Positions 50,792 to 52,981 of a stretch of 52,981 nt of DNA are shown in pieces. Position numbers and translations under genes: made by a program. How positions within the stretch are numbered: the first letter of the stretch is position 1; each line of letters begins with the position of its first letter. The stretch is from a virus. The notes beneath the pieces were generated by a model. It searched no databases, was not told where the DNA came from, and saw nothing but the letters and a program-made list of their open reading frames with translations. The stretch is taken from the UHGV virus genome UHGV-1367038. One strand, written 5' to 3'.

Positions 50792-52981
50792 ATGAGTAGC
50801 GGCGGCGGCAAAGCAAAAACACCGACTTTGATTAATGATAACCTTTATCACAAACAGTTTTATCGTGTGCTGGATATTATTTCGGAAGGTCCGATTTATG
50901 GCCCTGTCAATACCAGTGCGCCATTAAATAGCGTAATGCTTAATGACACTCCTGTAACTGACGCTAACGGTAATACCAGTATCCCTGGTGTTAGCGTTGC
51001 GTGGCGTAATGGTACGTTAGATCAATCACCTATTAACGGCTTTAATGCCATCGAATCAACGGTAATGGTTAACGCGCAGGTGAAACACGACACGCCACTT
51101 GTAAGGACGGTATCAGATCCGAACGTGACGCGAGTCCGGTTAAATATTGGCGTGGATTCTCTGGTGGAAAGCGATAGCCAATCAAACCAGAAAGAAACAT
51201 CTGTCATTATGGCGATCGACGTTAAACCGTCCTCATCTTCCACATGGTCGTCTATTAAGGCCGTGCAAATAGGCCCAGGTAAAATCAGCGGAGAATACCT
51301 TGAAGCGCATATTATTGATGCGCCAGATGAAAAGCCGTTTGATATTCGCGTTCGCCGCGTAACCGCTGATAGCACAAGTGATCTATTGCAGAATGATACG
51401 CGGTGGAGTAGCTACAGCGAAATAATCGACGATAATTTGTCTTATCCTCACACTGCTGTAGCAGGCGCGGTTATTGATCACGATCAGTACACTGACACAC
51501 CTACTCGCACTTATCACCTGCGTGGGCTTATTGTTGACGTGCCTGATAACTACGACCCGGAAACGCGCACTTATTCCGGTTTATGGCTTGGTGGTTTGAA
51601 ACGGGCTTACACTAATAACCCTGCGTGGATCTTCCGCTACCTGGTAAAAAATGAGCGTTTCGGCCTTGCCCGTCATGCTGGTTATATCGACGTTGACGAC
51701 GGCGCATTATATACACTCTCCCAATACTGCGACCAGTTGGTCGATGATGGTTACGGTGGCCTTGAGCCGCGCGTGACGCTTAATGCGTACATAACAGAGC
51801 AAATGAGCGCACGCGATTTGCTGGACAACATCGCCGGGATGTTCCGTGGCATCGCGTTATGGGACGGGCAACGCCTTACCGTAATGATTGATGCACCGCA
51901 AGATCCAATCGCCACCATTACTAATGCAAACGTTGTTGATGGCGCGTTTACTCGTTCAAGTATCTCCCGTGCGGAATGCTACAACGCCGTGATCGTATCC
52001 TGGACTGACCCGGAAAACGGTTGGGAACAATCAAAAGAGTATGTAGCAGATGATGAGCTAATAGCCCGCGATGGCTACAACGAAACCACGATGGAGGCGT
52101 TCGGGTGCACGTCACGCGGGCAAGCGTACCGTGCTGGCAAATGGCTGATAGAAACAGCAAAACGCGAGCCGTCAAAATTCACGTTTAAAATGGCACGTGA
52201 CGCAATTCACTTTACGCCAGGGGATATAATCGAGATCCTCGACAATAACCGCGCAGGCGCTCGTTTAGGCGGTCGTATTGTGGCGAACAATGGGAACGTA
52301 ATAACAGTTGATAAGGTTGACAGTGAGTATATCACGGCGGGTGATACTATCAGCCTTCTCGATAGCGATGGCAAATTTAAAAAACATCAGATTACTGGTG
52401 TAAACGGAAACGAAATCACACTAGCGGCGGCCCCGGCATGGATTCGGAACGGTACTGTATTTGCTGTATCCACCGAAGCGGCAAAACCCGTTTTATGCCG
52501 GATCACCAGTGTAGCCGAAACCGAAAATAATAGCGTGTATACCATCGAAGCAGCGCAACATGACCCGAACAAACAAGCGGTAGTCGATGAAGGCGCGATA
52601 TTTGAAATCAACAACGACACGCTTAATCACTTCCGTGTCCCGAACATTGAAAACCTGAAAGTGGTAAACATCGGATCTGAAACAGTTCAATGCCGAGCTA
52701 CATGGGAAACACAGACAACCACGCATCGCATGACATTCGAGATCCGCATATACAATACTGATGGTGCGGTGGTTAAAAGCTACGAAACAACGAAATACAG
52801 TTATGATTTTTATGGTATTGACGCTGGCGCGTATTCGTTAGGCGTTCGCGGAAGAAACGATACTGGCATGAAAGGCGCTGAAAGCATTGTTGATCTTGTT
52901 ATTGGTGCTCCAGCCGCGCCAGTTGGCGTAAATTGGGTTCCAGGCGTATTTCAGGCGACCGTGTACCCGATAAGCAAAACC
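50792..52981 (+). CDS. J: Host specificity protein J, N-terminal 730 codons (3' partial; continues at base 1)
   Basis: AGGAG RBS; similarity to lambda J along the whole segment (ISEGPIYGPV..., WSSYSEIID, MEAFGCTSRGQAYRAGKWLIET); no stop before window end. Confidence 0.9.
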   Translation, partial: MSSGGGKAKTPTLINDNLYHKQFYRVLDIISEGPIYGPVNTSAPLNSVMLNDTPVTDANGNTSIPGVSVAWRNGTLDQSPINGFNAIESTVMVNAQVKHDTPLVRTVSDPNVTRVRLNIGVDSLVESDSQSNQKETSVIMAIDVKPSSSSTWSSIKAVQIGPGKISGEYLEAHIIDAPDEKPFDIRVRRVTADSTSDLLQNDTRWSSYSEIIDDNLSYPHTAVAGAVIDHDQYTDTPTRTYHLRGLIVDVPDNYDPETRTYSGLWLGGLKRAYTNNPAWIFRYLVKNERFGLARHAGYIDVDDGALYTLSQYCDQLVDDGYGGLEPRVTLNAYITEQMSARDLLDNIAGMFRGIALWDGQRLTVMIDAPQDPIATITNANVVDGAFTRSSISRAECYNAVIVSWTDPENGWEQSKEYVADDELIARDGYNETTMEAFGCTSRGQAYRAGKWLIETAKREPSKFTFKMARDAIHFTPGDIIEILDNNRAGARLGGRIVANNGNVITVDKVDSEYITAGDTISLLDSDGKFKKHQITGVNGNEITLAAAPAWIRNGTVFAVSTEAAKPVLCRITSVAETENNSVYTIEAAQHDPNKQAVVDEGAIFEINNDTLNHFRVPNIENLKVVNIGSETVQCRATWETQTTTHRMTFEIRIYNTDGAVVKSYETTKYSYDFYGIDAGAYSLGVRGRNDTGMKGAESIVDLVIGAPAAPVGVNWVPGVFQATVYPISKT

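Larger units (their letters stand above)
1..52981. mobile_element. Complete circularly permuted genome of a lambdoid temperate siphovirus (vegetative/attP form)
   Basis: Full temperate-phage module set; intact attP-like region next to int; J-like ORF 50792..52981 is exactly 730 codons and position 1 continues in the same frame into 124..2265. Confidence 0.6.

Noticed and set aside
1-52981. tRNA, rRNA or tmRNA genes, and IS/transposase elements
   Set aside because: No cloverleaf-like T-arm/acceptor patterns or transposase-like ORFs were recognised by eye; a dedicated tRNA scan was not possible, so small RNA genes cannot be fully excluded.

Overview
The window reads as a complete, circularly permuted genome (~53 kb) of a lambdoid temperate siphovirus of an enterobacterial-type host: the first and last bases both lie inside one J-like tail-tip gene and are in frame with each other. 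Plus strand, in order: J C-terminal part, side tail fiber, attP-like region with arm-type repeats, tyrosine integrase; then CI-like repressor, terminator, a pL-like promoter with nutL-like boxA/boxB, an N-like antiterminator, recombination genes (Erf, SSB, HNH), many small early genes, Dam-like and C5-like methyltransferases, NinG, RusA, a Q-like zinc-finger protein, about 6 kb of small genes including a tandem paralog family, a terminator-gated lysis cassette (pinholin, SAR endolysin, Rz/Rz1), an array of 12 tiny hydrophobic ORFs, terminase, head and tail genes (tape measure, M, L, K, I, J N-terminus). Minus strand: the replication operon (O-like initiator with internal iterons, HTH-metallophosphoesterase, DnaB-like helicase, NinB) ending in an AlpA/Xis-like gene that overlaps the integrase 3' end, plus three minus-strand moron cassettes inserted in the tail module. 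The most unusual items are the tiny-ORF array between lysis and packaging genes, the moron cassettes bracketed by conserved intergenic elements, and a family of repeated promoter-proximal motifs including CRP-like TGTGA-N6-TCACA palindromes. All functional calls rest on motif recognition and recalled homology; no database search was run.
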